Of a DNA stretch of 32,000 nucleotides, positions 7,879 through 16,816 are shown piece by piece; position 1 is the first letter of the stretch; each line of letters starts with the position of its first letter. The stretch is from Flavobacteriaceae bacterium (lineage in GTDB: Bacteria > Bacteroidota > Bacteroidia > Flavobacteriales > Flavobacteriaceae). A program made the position numbers and the translations under genes. The stretch is from assembly GCA_965224465.1 (NCBI GenBank), contig OZ245049.1:1410001-1442000 (forward strand). The letters are read 5' to 3'. The notes beneath the pieces are model-generated. The model saw nothing but the letters and a program-made list of their open reading frames with translations. It did not search any database and was not told the DNA's origin.

Positions 7879-9564
7879 TTATTCAACAATACCATCACCA
7901 AGAACAAAATCCACATTCATACTTGCAGGCAATCTTCCTAAAGATTTTCCGTCTCCAAACATAATAGCTACAACATTTTTCTGAAAAACAGCACTGTTTT
8001 CGTAAGCAATAAATACAGATTTCACTTCTAAAAAAGAAACATTACGAATGGCATACAAACTGGAGAAGGAAACAAAAGAAACCTTATTTTCTTGGGCGAT
8101 TTTTTGAATCCAACGCGCCGTATTTAAAGAAACCTCTTTTGTTAGTCTATAATTCTTGCGATGATATGAGACAATCACTTTATCAAACTTTTTTAATTTT
8201 TTCAATAATACAGCAATATTTTTTTCGTTAAACACCTCAAGGTCTACTCTCAATTTCAATTGATTTAAAAAAACATCATTCGTACCATTTCCCAATTTTA
8301 CATAAGCGATTTTTTCTGAATTCCCAGTCAAAAACGGAATGTTTTGATCTTCGTTTTTCAGTAAAGTAATTGCTTTTAAACTCAAAGACTCTTTAATTTT
8401 TTGGTTAGACACATCGTTTAAGTCATTTACCAAGTTATCTGTAATCACTGGAGTATATTTCTCTAAACCTAACTTATACTTAGCATTCAGTATTTTTTTA
8501 ACAGAATGCGCCAACCTCTCTTCTGATATTAACTTATCAGTATAGGCTTTTAGGATCAATTTTATAGCCTTTGGTGGATTTTCTGAAAACAACAATACAT
8601 CATTCCCTGCCATAAAAGCAGCTAAATCTATATCTCCTGGTTGCTTAAAATTAGCAGCACCTTTCATATTAAGAGCATCGGTAAAAATCAAGCCTTTATA
8701 TTTCAACTTGTTCTGAAGTAATTCCGTTACAATCGCATAAGATAAAGAAGAGGGCAGTCCATCCTGTGTTTCCAAACTCGGTACATTCAAATGCGCCACC
8801 ATAACACTTGCTACTCCATAATCAAACAATTGTTTAAAAGGGTACAATTCTATACTATCAATTCTTTTAGCGTCAAACCGAATTGTAGGTAAGGTTTTAT
8901 GAGAATCAGAATGTGTATCTCCATGCCCTGGGAAATGTTTTACACATGCAAGTACACCTGTAGATTCCATTCCTTTGACAAAAGCCAATGCTTTATCTGT
9001 AACTAATTGGCGTTCCTCACCGTAAGACCTCACACCAATAATTGGATTTTGAGGATTGGTATTTATATCCACTACAGGAGCAAAGTTAACATGTATCCCT
9101 AGGCGCTTACAGTTTTCACCCTGTTGCTTTCCTAATTTTTGAATCAAGTTGTTATCCGAAATAGCACCCAACGTCATGTTATACGGAAAACGCACAGTAC
9201 TATCCAATCTCATTTTCAAACCCCATTCGGCATCGATACCAATTAACATAGGTATTTTGGAAATAGCCTGTAATGTATTAGTCATACGAGCCTGTCTTAC
9301 AGGGCCACCTTGAAAAAAACACAAACCACCAATTGCCTGCTCTTTCACAAGCATTTTCAAATCTTTAATATGTGTAGAATCCCTGTTAGAATAGGCAGCT
9401 ACCATAAATAATTGCCCCACTTTTTCTTTTAAACTCATTGCCTTATACACGCTATCAACCCAAACTTTCTGAGGATTAACTTTGGTGATTTTAACAGTTT
9501 TTTTCTGATTACAGGACACCAAAAACACTAATATTACTACTAGTAATATATTAATTCTACTCAT
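7879..9564 (-). CDS. nagZ: Exported GH3 beta-N-acetylglucosaminidase (NagZ-type) lipoprotein with a C-terminal extension
   Basis: 561 aa. It has a lipoprotein signal (LVFLVSC) and the GH3 fold. The NagZ-diagnostic motif KH(F/I)PG(H/L)GxxxxD(S/T)H is present as KHFPGHGDTHSDSH. About 200 extra C-terminal residues have unclear function. Its start lies 1 nt after the murQ stop, so the two genes form an operon. Confidence 0.85.
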   Translation of the reverse strand: MSRINILLVVILVFLVSCNQKKTVKITKVNPQKVWVDSVYKAMSLKEKVGQLFMVAAYSNRDSTHIKDLKMLVKEQAIGGLCFFQGGPVRQARMTNTLQAISKIPMLIGIDAEWGLKMRLDSTVRFPYNMTLGAISDNNLIQKLGKQQGENCKRLGIHVNFAPVVDINTNPQNPIIGVRSYGEERQLVTDKALAFVKGMESTGVLACVKHFPGHGDTHSDSHKTLPTIRFDAKRIDSIELYPFKQLFDYGVASVMVAHLNVPSLETQDGLPSSLSYAIVTELLQNKLKYKGLIFTDALNMKGAANFKQPGDIDLAAFMAGNDVLLFSENPPKAIKLILKAYTDKLISEERLAHSVKKILNAKYKLGLEKYTPVITDNLVNDLNDVSNQKIKESLSLKAITLLKNEDQNIPFLTGNSEKIAYVKLGNGTNDVFLNQLKLRVDLEVFNEKNIAVLLKKLKKFDKVIVSYHRKNYRLTKEVSLNTARWIQKIAQENKVSFVSFSSLYAIRNVSFLEVKSVFIAYENSAVFQKNVVAIMFGDGKSLGRLPASMNVDFVLGDGIVE

Positions 9565-9565
9565 T

Positions 9566-10381
9566 TTATTTTGTTTTATAAAGGTCTAATACTTTTTTAA
9601 TACTCTTGTGTTTAGTCAATAGTAAAGCGGCAGCATTATAATCAATCCTCAACTCTTCCATTAACATAAGTACACCTCGATTCACTAGCTTTTTATTAGA
9701 CAATTGCATGTGAACCATTTTATTCCCTTTTACACGGCCTAATTTGATCATTACAGCCGTTGAAATCATATTTAACACTAATTTCTGAGCTGTTCCAGCC
9801 TTCATTCTCGTACTTCCAGTAACAAATTCTGGACCTACGACCAATGCTATTGGAAACTCAGCCTCCTTAGCAACTGGGCTTTCTTTATTACAAACAATAC
9901 AGCCCGTAACAATATTATTTTTATTCGCCTCTTTTAATCCGCCAATAACATATGGGGTAGTTCCAGAGGCAGCAATTCCAATAAGTACATCTTTATCGGT
10001 TATCTGCTGTTTTTTTAAATCTTCCCAAGCCAGTTTATCATCATCCTCTGCATGTTCTACTGCTTTTCTAAGAGCACCATCTCCACCTGCAATTAATCCG
10101 ACAATCCAATCGTGAGAAACCCCAAAGGTAGGAGGACACTCTGATGCATCTAATACACCAAGCCTACCGCTTGTACCAGCGCCTATATAGAAGAGACGTC
10201 CACCAGTTTTCATTTTAGCAACAATAACATCTATAAGTTTCTGAATGCTAGGAATTTCTTTTGCAATAACATCGGGCACAATTTTATCTTCTCGATTCAT
10301 GTTTTCGAGGAGTATTGTGGTATTCATTTTTTCTAAATCACTGTAATGTGATGCTTGTTCTGTGGTTAGTTTATTTTTCAT
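9566..10381 (-). CDS. murQ: N-acetylmuramic acid 6-phosphate etherase
   Basis: 271 aa SIS-domain protein with MurQ blocks (FYIGAGTSGRLGVLDASECPPTFG, GSTRMKAGTAQK). Confidence 0.9.
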   Translation of the reverse strand: MKNKLTTEQASHYSDLEKMNTTILLENMNREDKIVPDVIAKEIPSIQKLIDVIVAKMKTGGRLFYIGAGTSGRLGVLDASECPPTFGVSHDWIVGLIAGGDGALRKAVEHAEDDDKLAWEDLKKQQITDKDVLIGIAASGTTPYVIGGLKEANKNNIVTGCIVCNKESPVAKEAEFPIALVVGPEFVTGSTRMKAGTAQKLVLNMISTAVMIKLGRVKGNKMVHMQLSNKKLVNRGVLMLMEELRIDYNAAALLLTKHKSIKKVLDLYKTK

Positions 10382-10486
10382 GTTGGTTTAATAATGATAA
10401 AAATACATATACAAAAGAAGCAAGCAATCTATGGTTAGTAGCATTCTTGTTTTCTAATAATAAAGACCTCTAAAAAGGATAGCACA

Positions 10487-10543
10487 ATAACAACGCACAA
10501 AAAGTTCAGTTGTTATTGCCCAGAGTAATTATATTACTCTGGG
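10487..10543 (-). terminator. Two adjacent hairpins downstream of susD (terminator candidate separating susCD from murQ-nagZ)
   Basis: CCCAGAGTAAT-tat-ATTACTCTGGG (10519..10543) is a perfect 11-bp stem. ATAACAAC-14 nt-GTTGTTAT lies at 10487..10516. There is no strong U-tract on the minus strand. Confidence 0.5.
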
Positions 10544-10591
10544 TTTCAATAACTTTTTAAATTAAATCAAATACGGGGGAATTATAAGCTT

Positions 10592-11917
10592 TTAAATTGC
10601 AGGGTCTGCAGGTGTGTTTGAATTATTCTCACGCTCATTATAAGGGTAAGGATAATAATTTCTATTGCGTTCTATACTATAGTCACCTGCTGCTGGAATT
10701 GTTAAATCTGGATGAATTCTCCTAGAGTCTTCTAGTCTCATTCCAAACATAAACAATTCAATGGATCTATTTTTAAAAATCTCATTCATTATTGCCGTTT
10801 TACTTGTAGCATCTCCAGTCCATTTTCCTAAACCGGCATTTACATTATAAATGTCATTTGTTTTTTCACGTACCATGTCCAAATATTTAACTGCATTTGG
10901 CAAGTCGTTCGTCATAGCATAAGCCTCTGCCTTGATCAATAACATTTCTCCTGGAAGAAAAACAGGTATTGAAGTAGATTCTGTACTAAAAAAACCAACG
11001 GCATTGTCTACATTGTGCATTCCAAATTCAGTTTCTGATTCATCTACAGAAGCCAAGTAAAAAGCGATTCTACCATCACCTACCTCTGGAATATATGTTC
11101 CAACAAGACCAAAATTATCTTGCGGTTTGGTATCAGGACTATCATTTACTGTAATATTCCAAATAGGGTTTTTATTAGAAACACCATCATACATCCATTC
11201 CGAAGAAACTTCCATATCTACATCATTTACAGCTGCTATAGCTTCACTATAGTTTCCTGCAAATAAATGATATCTTGCTAAAAATGCGTTTATTAAATTA
11301 TCTAAATCTAAATCAGGAATATACCCCAAGAATTCTTCAGATGCAGCATTTGCCGTTAAATCTGACTTAGCACTTTCCAACAATTTAATACATTCCAACA
11401 ATACATCTGCTCTTGAACTAAACACAGCCTTTCCATCAGCACTATTATCAATAGGAACTTGTTCAAAATTCTGAGCTAAGTAACCAAGCGTCATCGCCTT
11501 AAACCATTTCGAATAAGCTGACAGTCCTGCTTTGTTTCCAGCACTCATTTCTACTTTATCTATATTTAAAAGAATAGATTCCGCCATGCCTTTTCCTTTT
11601 AATAATCGAGACCACAACCTATTAACACCTGCATTCTCACCGTTTAACAAGGTACCTCCAAGAACCAATTCTGCAGGAGTTATAAAAGTAAGCGTATTAC
11701 CAAATTCTCGCGTACTCAATCCAGAAACCTCTACAACAGGGCTTAATGTTGATGTAGCAAAATGCTGTGTCATACCTGTAGCAATTGAAAACAACCCTAC
11801 TTTTGATGTAAATACTTGATCTTCATCAGGCCTATTCTCATTCTTAAAATCTGTTTCACACGCTGTAAAAGCAATCACACTTAAAACAGCAATACATATA
11901 TTTTTTATTTTTTTCAT
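10592..11917 (-). CDS. SusD/RagB-family nutrient-binding outer-membrane lipoprotein
   Basis: 441 aa. It has a lipobox (VIAFTAC) and TPR-like SusD features. It sits immediately downstream of susC-like, 11 nt away. Confidence 0.85.
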   Translation of the reverse strand: MKKIKNICIAVLSVIAFTACETDFKNENRPDEDQVFTSKVGLFSIATGMTQHFATSTLSPVVEVSGLSTREFGNTLTFITPAELVLGGTLLNGENAGVNRLWSRLLKGKGMAESILLNIDKVEMSAGNKAGLSAYSKWFKAMTLGYLAQNFEQVPIDNSADGKAVFSSRADVLLECIKLLESAKSDLTANAASEEFLGYIPDLDLDNLINAFLARYHLFAGNYSEAIAAVNDVDMEVSSEWMYDGVSNKNPIWNITVNDSPDTKPQDNFGLVGTYIPEVGDGRIAFYLASVDESETEFGMHNVDNAVGFFSTESTSIPVFLPGEMLLIKAEAYAMTNDLPNAVKYLDMVREKTNDIYNVNAGLGKWTGDATSKTAIMNEIFKNRSIELFMFGMRLEDSRRIHPDLTIPAAGDYSIERNRNYYPYPYNERENNSNTPADPAI

Positions 11918-11928
11918 CTTTTCTAAAA

Positions 11929-14877
11929 TTAAAAGTTAAAAATTACACCAAACTTAAACACCTGAGGAATAGGCACATTTGCCATATCTTGACCTCTAGA
12001 ACCATTAGACTGACTCTCTGTGTTTACCTCTGGATCAAAACCGTAGTAGTTATCAATAGAAATTAAATTAGTTCCACTCAATGTAAATTTAACATTGTCT
12101 AAGTAACTTTTATCTAGTTTTAAATGATAACTAAGTGCAACTTCTCTCAATTTAAAATACGAACCATCTTCTACAAAAGATTCAAAAATCCCAAAATTTG
12201 GAGAAGAAGATCCTTTTGGTACAACACCGTTTAACTCGTCAGCTGTAAACTTCCCTCCTTTAAATAGGTAAGCCATTCTTTTATCCCAGCTCATCACTTG
12301 GTTTCCTTGAGAAATATCCCATTGCATTCTAAATCCGAAATTTTTATATTCAAATTCGTTGGTGATAGAAGCAGTATAATCAGCGTTCGGATCTCCAATA
12401 ATCTTTTTTAATGTAGTACCTGTAGGCTGCCCTAGTGAATCAAAATCCTGAACAGGTGTATTCCCTTCGTAATGTCCTTTTGCTTTTTGCACTTTTCCAG
12501 CAGCGTTCAATAATTTATTACCCGCAGCATCGGTTGCAAAATAAGTACCATAAAAAACACCTAATGGCTGGTTGTCCTGAACTACAGAAGTCCCAAACAT
12601 TCCAACACCTAGTCTATAGTTTGCGACATCCGTAACAAGGTTTTTATTTTGACTTAAAGTTCCTGTCACAGTCCATTTAAAATCTTTCATTTTAACGGGG
12701 GTACCTCTTAATAAAAGTTCGAACCCTTTATTCGTCATATTTGCAACATTTGCATATCCAGAACCAAATCCAGTAGAAGGTGTTAAAACTCTTTTCAATA
12801 AAAGATCTTTAATTTCCTGATTATAATACGTAAATTCTACACTCATTCTCCCTCCAAACATAGAAGTATCAAATCCAAATTCCATCTCAGTTTGTCTTTC
12901 TGGAGCTACCTTTGCATTTCCTCTTGAGTTTTCAGCAACCAAACCAATATTCCCATTATATTCAGAAGCAATATAATTAGTGAAGATTTGATACGCTGGA
13001 ATAGCTGTTAAATTTCCTGCCTGTCCCCAAGCTGCTCTAATTTTGAATGAATCAAAAGTGTCTCCTATAGAATTCATCCAAAAATCTTCATCAGAAATAG
13101 TATAAGATGAGCTCACTTTTGGGTAAAATTGTTGTCTTTCGTCTACACCAAAGGTCGACGCACCATCAATTCTTCCCGCTAAGGTTAAAAATAATTTATT
13201 CTTAAAACCAAAACTTTGCTGTAAGAAACCTCCCCAGTAAGAAACTTGAGTTCTAGAATCGACACCTCCAGAAGCAGAATCAGGAGTTGTAACAACAATC
13301 CCTTCAATTGCCAATACCTTATCGTTTTTTACTCTAAACAATTGTGTTTCCTCATATTGATAACTATAACCAACACCCGTAGTAGATTTTAAATCATCTG
13401 AAATATCAAATTGATAACTTGCTGTAAGATCACTATTCACCATGTCCAAATTTACCGTAGCTTTCTGAGACAAACCATTCGCTTTTGTCTTAAAACCATT
13501 TGGAACATACAACAGACCTTCAGAACTTGAATGGTCATATCCAAATGTATAATTCAATCTAAAACCGTCAAAAGGTGTTAAACTTAATTGAATATCACTA
13601 ATAGACCTCATGTTTTTTGTGGTAGCTCTAATTCTATCAATAGCTTCCAATGGATTTGCCATCCAACCAATCTTAGGATAATTTCCAAATTCATCTGGAG
13701 CAGTATCCTTAATATTATCAGCAAATATAACACTGGTAATTGGCCCAAAATTTTTCCCATTAGGCATGTCGTTACTCTTATTAAAAGAAACAAACGAACC
13801 TCCAGAAATAGACAACCAACTATTAATTTCTTGGTCCAATCTCAAACGCAATGTTTTACGGTCAAAATCAGTATTTTTAACAATCCCTCCATTTTTATAT
13901 TGAGATCCTGAAAAAGAATATTTTGTTTTCTCAGACCCTCCAGTGATACTAATAGAATTCTCAAAACCTGTGGCTGTTTCAAAAATATCATCTTGGTAAT
14001 TATATCTTTTTGCAGGTACTGCAACGTCTCCATCCCATTTCAACTGCGCATCATTATATGGCAATTCCTTACGTAAAGTATTCATATTAACACTTGTAGA
14101 ATACGTAATTCTTGGCGCCCCTGTTTTACCTTTTTTAGTAAAAATCTGAATCACCCCATTACTAGCACGAGATCCGTAAATGGCAGCTGCAGCAGCTCCT
14201 TTTAATACTTCAATACGCTCAATATCATTTGGATTAATATCCACCATTCTATTTTGTGAATACCCTCCTAAATCTATCAATGATGGAGCACTGTTATTCA
14301 TAATTACCCCGTCTATAATATACAAAGGTTCTGAACTACCAGCAATAGTACTTGCCCCTCTCAATCGAACAGACATTCCTCCTGATGGATTTCCTGAGTT
14401 TCTAGTAATTTGAGCTCCAGCAACTTGACCTTGCAAAGCTTCTCCTACACTTACAACCGCTCTAGACTCACTTAAATCACCCGCACCTACTGTAGAAATA
14501 GCAGCTCCTAATTGTTTTTTAGTAGCAATTCCTGAGGTTCCTGTAATTATAACTTCATCCAATCCTAAAAGGTCTTCAACCAATTGTATATTTAGATTTT
14601 TTTTACTTAATGAAAACGAAATCGTTTTCGTCTTGTATCCAAGAAAACTAAACACAAGATATTTATTCTCAACATTTTCACTACTGATGGTAAACTTTCC
14701 ATCAAAATCAGTAACAACACCATGGGTGGTACCTTTTATGAGAACATTTACACCCGGCAGTGAAATCCCACTACCTTTTTCTGTTACTACCCCTGTAATA
14801 GTTTTGCTTTGCCCATAAGAATTTTGAGCAAAACAAACCATCAAAACGACAGTAAATAAGTAATACATTTTTTTCAT
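11929..14877 (-). CDS. SusC/RagA-family TonB-dependent outer-membrane transporter
   Basis: 982 aa. It has a signal peptide, a carboxypeptidase-regulatory-like N-domain (TITGVVTEKGSGISLPGVNVLIKGT), a TonB box/plug (LDEVIITG) and a terminal aromatic residue (..VIFNF). Confidence 0.9.
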   Translation of the reverse strand: MKKMYYLFTVVLMVCFAQNSYGQSKTITGVVTEKGSGISLPGVNVLIKGTTHGVVTDFDGKFTISSENVENKYLVFSFLGYKTKTISFSLSKKNLNIQLVEDLLGLDEVIITGTSGIATKKQLGAAISTVGAGDLSESRAVVSVGEALQGQVAGAQITRNSGNPSGGMSVRLRGASTIAGSSEPLYIIDGVIMNNSAPSLIDLGGYSQNRMVDINPNDIERIEVLKGAAAAAIYGSRASNGVIQIFTKKGKTGAPRITYSTSVNMNTLRKELPYNDAQLKWDGDVAVPAKRYNYQDDIFETATGFENSISITGGSEKTKYSFSGSQYKNGGIVKNTDFDRKTLRLRLDQEINSWLSISGGSFVSFNKSNDMPNGKNFGPITSVIFADNIKDTAPDEFGNYPKIGWMANPLEAIDRIRATTKNMRSISDIQLSLTPFDGFRLNYTFGYDHSSSEGLLYVPNGFKTKANGLSQKATVNLDMVNSDLTASYQFDISDDLKSTTGVGYSYQYEETQLFRVKNDKVLAIEGIVVTTPDSASGGVDSRTQVSYWGGFLQQSFGFKNKLFLTLAGRIDGASTFGVDERQQFYPKVSSSYTISDEDFWMNSIGDTFDSFKIRAAWGQAGNLTAIPAYQIFTNYIASEYNGNIGLVAENSRGNAKVAPERQTEMEFGFDTSMFGGRMSVEFTYYNQEIKDLLLKRVLTPSTGFGSGYANVANMTNKGFELLLRGTPVKMKDFKWTVTGTLSQNKNLVTDVANYRLGVGMFGTSVVQDNQPLGVFYGTYFATDAAGNKLLNAAGKVQKAKGHYEGNTPVQDFDSLGQPTGTTLKKIIGDPNADYTASITNEFEYKNFGFRMQWDISQGNQVMSWDKRMAYLFKGGKFTADELNGVVPKGSSSPNFGIFESFVEDGSYFKLREVALSYHLKLDKSYLDNVKFTLSGTNLISIDNYYGFDPEVNTESQSNGSRGQDMANVPIPQVFKFGVIFNF

Positions 14878-14930
14878 AAGATTAAATTATAAGAGTTAAT
14901 GGAGACGAAACTAACACTATATTTTCTTTT

Positions 14931-14985
14931 TTGCAATAAAAAACAGCAAAAATATTGCAAAACACCCTTTAAAAAACAGCAAAAA
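14931..14985. promoter_or_regulatory. Divergent susC / deoR control region: palindrome over a candidate -7 box, plus a 15-mer direct repeat
   Basis: TTGCAATA (14931..14938) and TATTGCAA (14953..14960) form a perfect 8-bp inverted repeat. On the minus strand it encloses TATTTTTG (14947..14954), which matches TAnnTTTG and lies about 70 nt upstream of the susC ATG. AAAAAACAGCAAAAA occurs twice (14938..14952 and 14971..14985). Confidence 0.35.
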
Positions 14986-15047
14986 AGACATCTCTTCCAA
15001 ATAAACGCTATTAATTCATGCATAAATGGTAACTTTACCGTACTTTA

Positions 15048-15839
15048 ATGCACTATATCACTAAAATTAAAAAAAATGAAATTTTGAACAAGAAACAGCG
15101 CCATCAAATTATACTAAACGAACTAAATATTCACAACAGAGTATTGCTTACAGATTTAGCCGATATTCTTAAAGTATCTATGGATACCGCAAGAAGAGAT
15201 GTAAAAGAATTAGACAAATTAAAAAAACTAGTAAAAGTACATGGAGGAGCCGTATCCAACGGCTTTAACATTTACAGTGATCGAAAAAGAGAAGTATATG
15301 AACTTGACAACAAATCCATCATTGCACAAAAAGGAATCACTTTAATTAACAAGGGAGATGTAATTCTTATCAGTGGCGGATCTACCAATTTAGAACTGAT
15401 AAAACTAATTCCTCAGAATTTAGGGTTGACATTTTTTACACCAAGTCTCCCTACAGCCATCGAATTATTAAATAACGCATCCAAAAATGATGATGTTATT
15501 TTTATAGGAGGAAAACTATCCAGAGGTTCACAACTTGCCACCGGCGGTAGCTCCTTAAATCTACTCTCTGAGATCAAGGCTGACATCTGTTTTTTAGGGA
15601 CAGGATACTTAGACCCCAACGAAGGCATTACCGCCATGGATTGGGAAATAGCACAGTTAAAGAAATCCATGGTTAAAGCATCTAGAAAACTAGTATTGCT
15701 TACCATTTCAGAAAAATTAAACACGAGCAACCGATATAAAATATCCGACATAGGATCCATTTATGCATTGGTTACAGAACTAAATCCAGCAGCTACAGAA
15801 CTAGACAAATACAGAGAGCGCAACATTCTTATACTATAA
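15048..15839 (+). CDS. DeoR/GlpR-family transcriptional regulator
   Basis: 263 aa. It has an N-terminal DeoR HTH (QRHQIILNELNIHNRVLLTDLADILKVSMDTARRDVKEL) and a C-terminal sugar-phosphate-binding DeoR-C domain. It is divergent from susC. Confidence 0.85.
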   Translation: MHYITKIKKNEILNKKQRHQIILNELNIHNRVLLTDLADILKVSMDTARRDVKELDKLKKLVKVHGGAVSNGFNIYSDRKREVYELDNKSIIAQKGITLINKGDVILISGGSTNLELIKLIPQNLGLTFFTPSLPTAIELLNNASKNDDVIFIGGKLSRGSQLATGGSSLNLLSEIKADICFLGTGYLDPNEGITAMDWEIAQLKKSMVKASRKLVLLTISEKLNTSNRYKISDIGSIYALVTELNPAATELDKYRERNILIL

Positions 15840-16162
15840 ATTATTGTTTTCAACAATCAATAACCTCACCCCAAGAACACAAAGTATACTTTCGAATGTT
15901 TATTTTATTTTTCGAGACTGAGCCCTTGAAAAAGTCAAGCACACATCCTAGCCAATTCCCATAACAATCTCTTTGGCACTAAAAAATGCTGTGAATTAAC
16001 AAGACAATAAAAGTAGTAACAAAACAAAATAGACAAGCCCTTCAGAAAGCTCCTCCTTTTTACTAAAAAACTAGACTACACTAACATACGCCGTATTTAA
16101 CGCATATACAAATTGTTTTTACAACAAAACTAGACTTATAAATAAAGCAATAATTTTACCTA

Positions 16163-16780
16163 ATAAAAACAAAGACATACATCGCTTTATTTAGAGGAAT
16201 TAATGTACGCGAAAAAAAATACAATCAAAATGACTGCGCTCAGAGACACACTTCAAAACAGTATCTTTATAGACGCTCAAACACACATACAATCTGGTAA
16301 TTTAATTTTTAAATCCAACGAGAAAGGTACCTGAATTCTTGAAAAAACACTAGAAACTCTTATTAAAATCAATTTTGGACATGACATTTCCATCCATGTA
16401 TTAACTAAAAAATTACTGGAGAAAATAATTACAAAAAACCAATTCTCACCTTTAAAAGATATTCGTTTTTCAAAAATATACATTTTTTATATAAAAGGCA
16501 CATCCAGTTCATACCTCGCTAAAAAATTTTCGAAAATACAGTTTCAGACGATAAATTCTACATTACTAAAAAGGTTTTTTATGCAAATTACAATCTCAAA
16601 TACAATGCTTCAAAAGCTAAAAACACGTATACCTATTACAATTCAAAATAACCGATATAAATAGTGTATTTTTAAACCGTCACTTGGAAATGTAGTTGGT
16701 AGTACTCTAAAAGAGCATTACAATGCGTAGCAACAACTAGAAACGGGAAAACAAGTCTAATTACAAGAGATAGTAAATAA
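16163..16780 (+). pseudogene. DUF1697-family gene, inactivated (frameshifts, in-frame stop, repeat insertion)
   Basis: Conceptual translation across three frames gives (T)YIALFRGINVRE / KNTIKMTALRDTLQNSIFIDAQTHIQSGNLIFKSNEKGT* / ILEKTLETLIKINFGHDISIHVLT.. / ..VSDDKFYITKKVFYANYNLKYNASKAKNT / [repeat C] / YSKRALQCVATTRNGKTSLITRDSK*. This follows the DUF1697 pattern (YIxLLRGINVGGKNKIxM..TYIQSGNxxF..ATxRNWxT). The lesions are one extra A in the A8 run 16212..16219, an in-frame TGA at 16332..16334, and a frame change in the A6T4 run 16521..16530. There is no ATG at the expected start; ATA at 16163 is a possible remnant. Confidence 0.75.
16630..16701 (+). repeat. Copy C (72 bp, short form) of the hairpin repeat family, inserted in the DUF1697 pseudogene
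   Basis: TACCTATTACAATTCAAAATAACCGATATAAATAG..TTTTTAAACCGTCACTTGGAAATGTAGTTGGTA is bracketed by a perfect GTA/GTA direct repeat (16627..16629 and 16702..16704). Confidence 0.85.
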
Positions 16781-16816
16781 CAATTAATTATATCTCCCTG
16801 CAAGAAAACCTTGCAA

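Noticed and set aside
16332-16334. The in-frame TGA in the DUF1697 reading frame could be a recoded codon (selenocysteine or an alternative genetic code).
   Set aside because: All other genes in the window terminate normally, several at TGA. The same gene also carries two frameshifts and a repeat insertion, so this is plain pseudogenisation.
16277-16483. A 68-aa minus-strand ORF lies in the deoR-yfcC gap.
   Set aside because: It is antisense to the DUF1697 pseudogene, whose plus-strand conceptual translation has clear family similarity.
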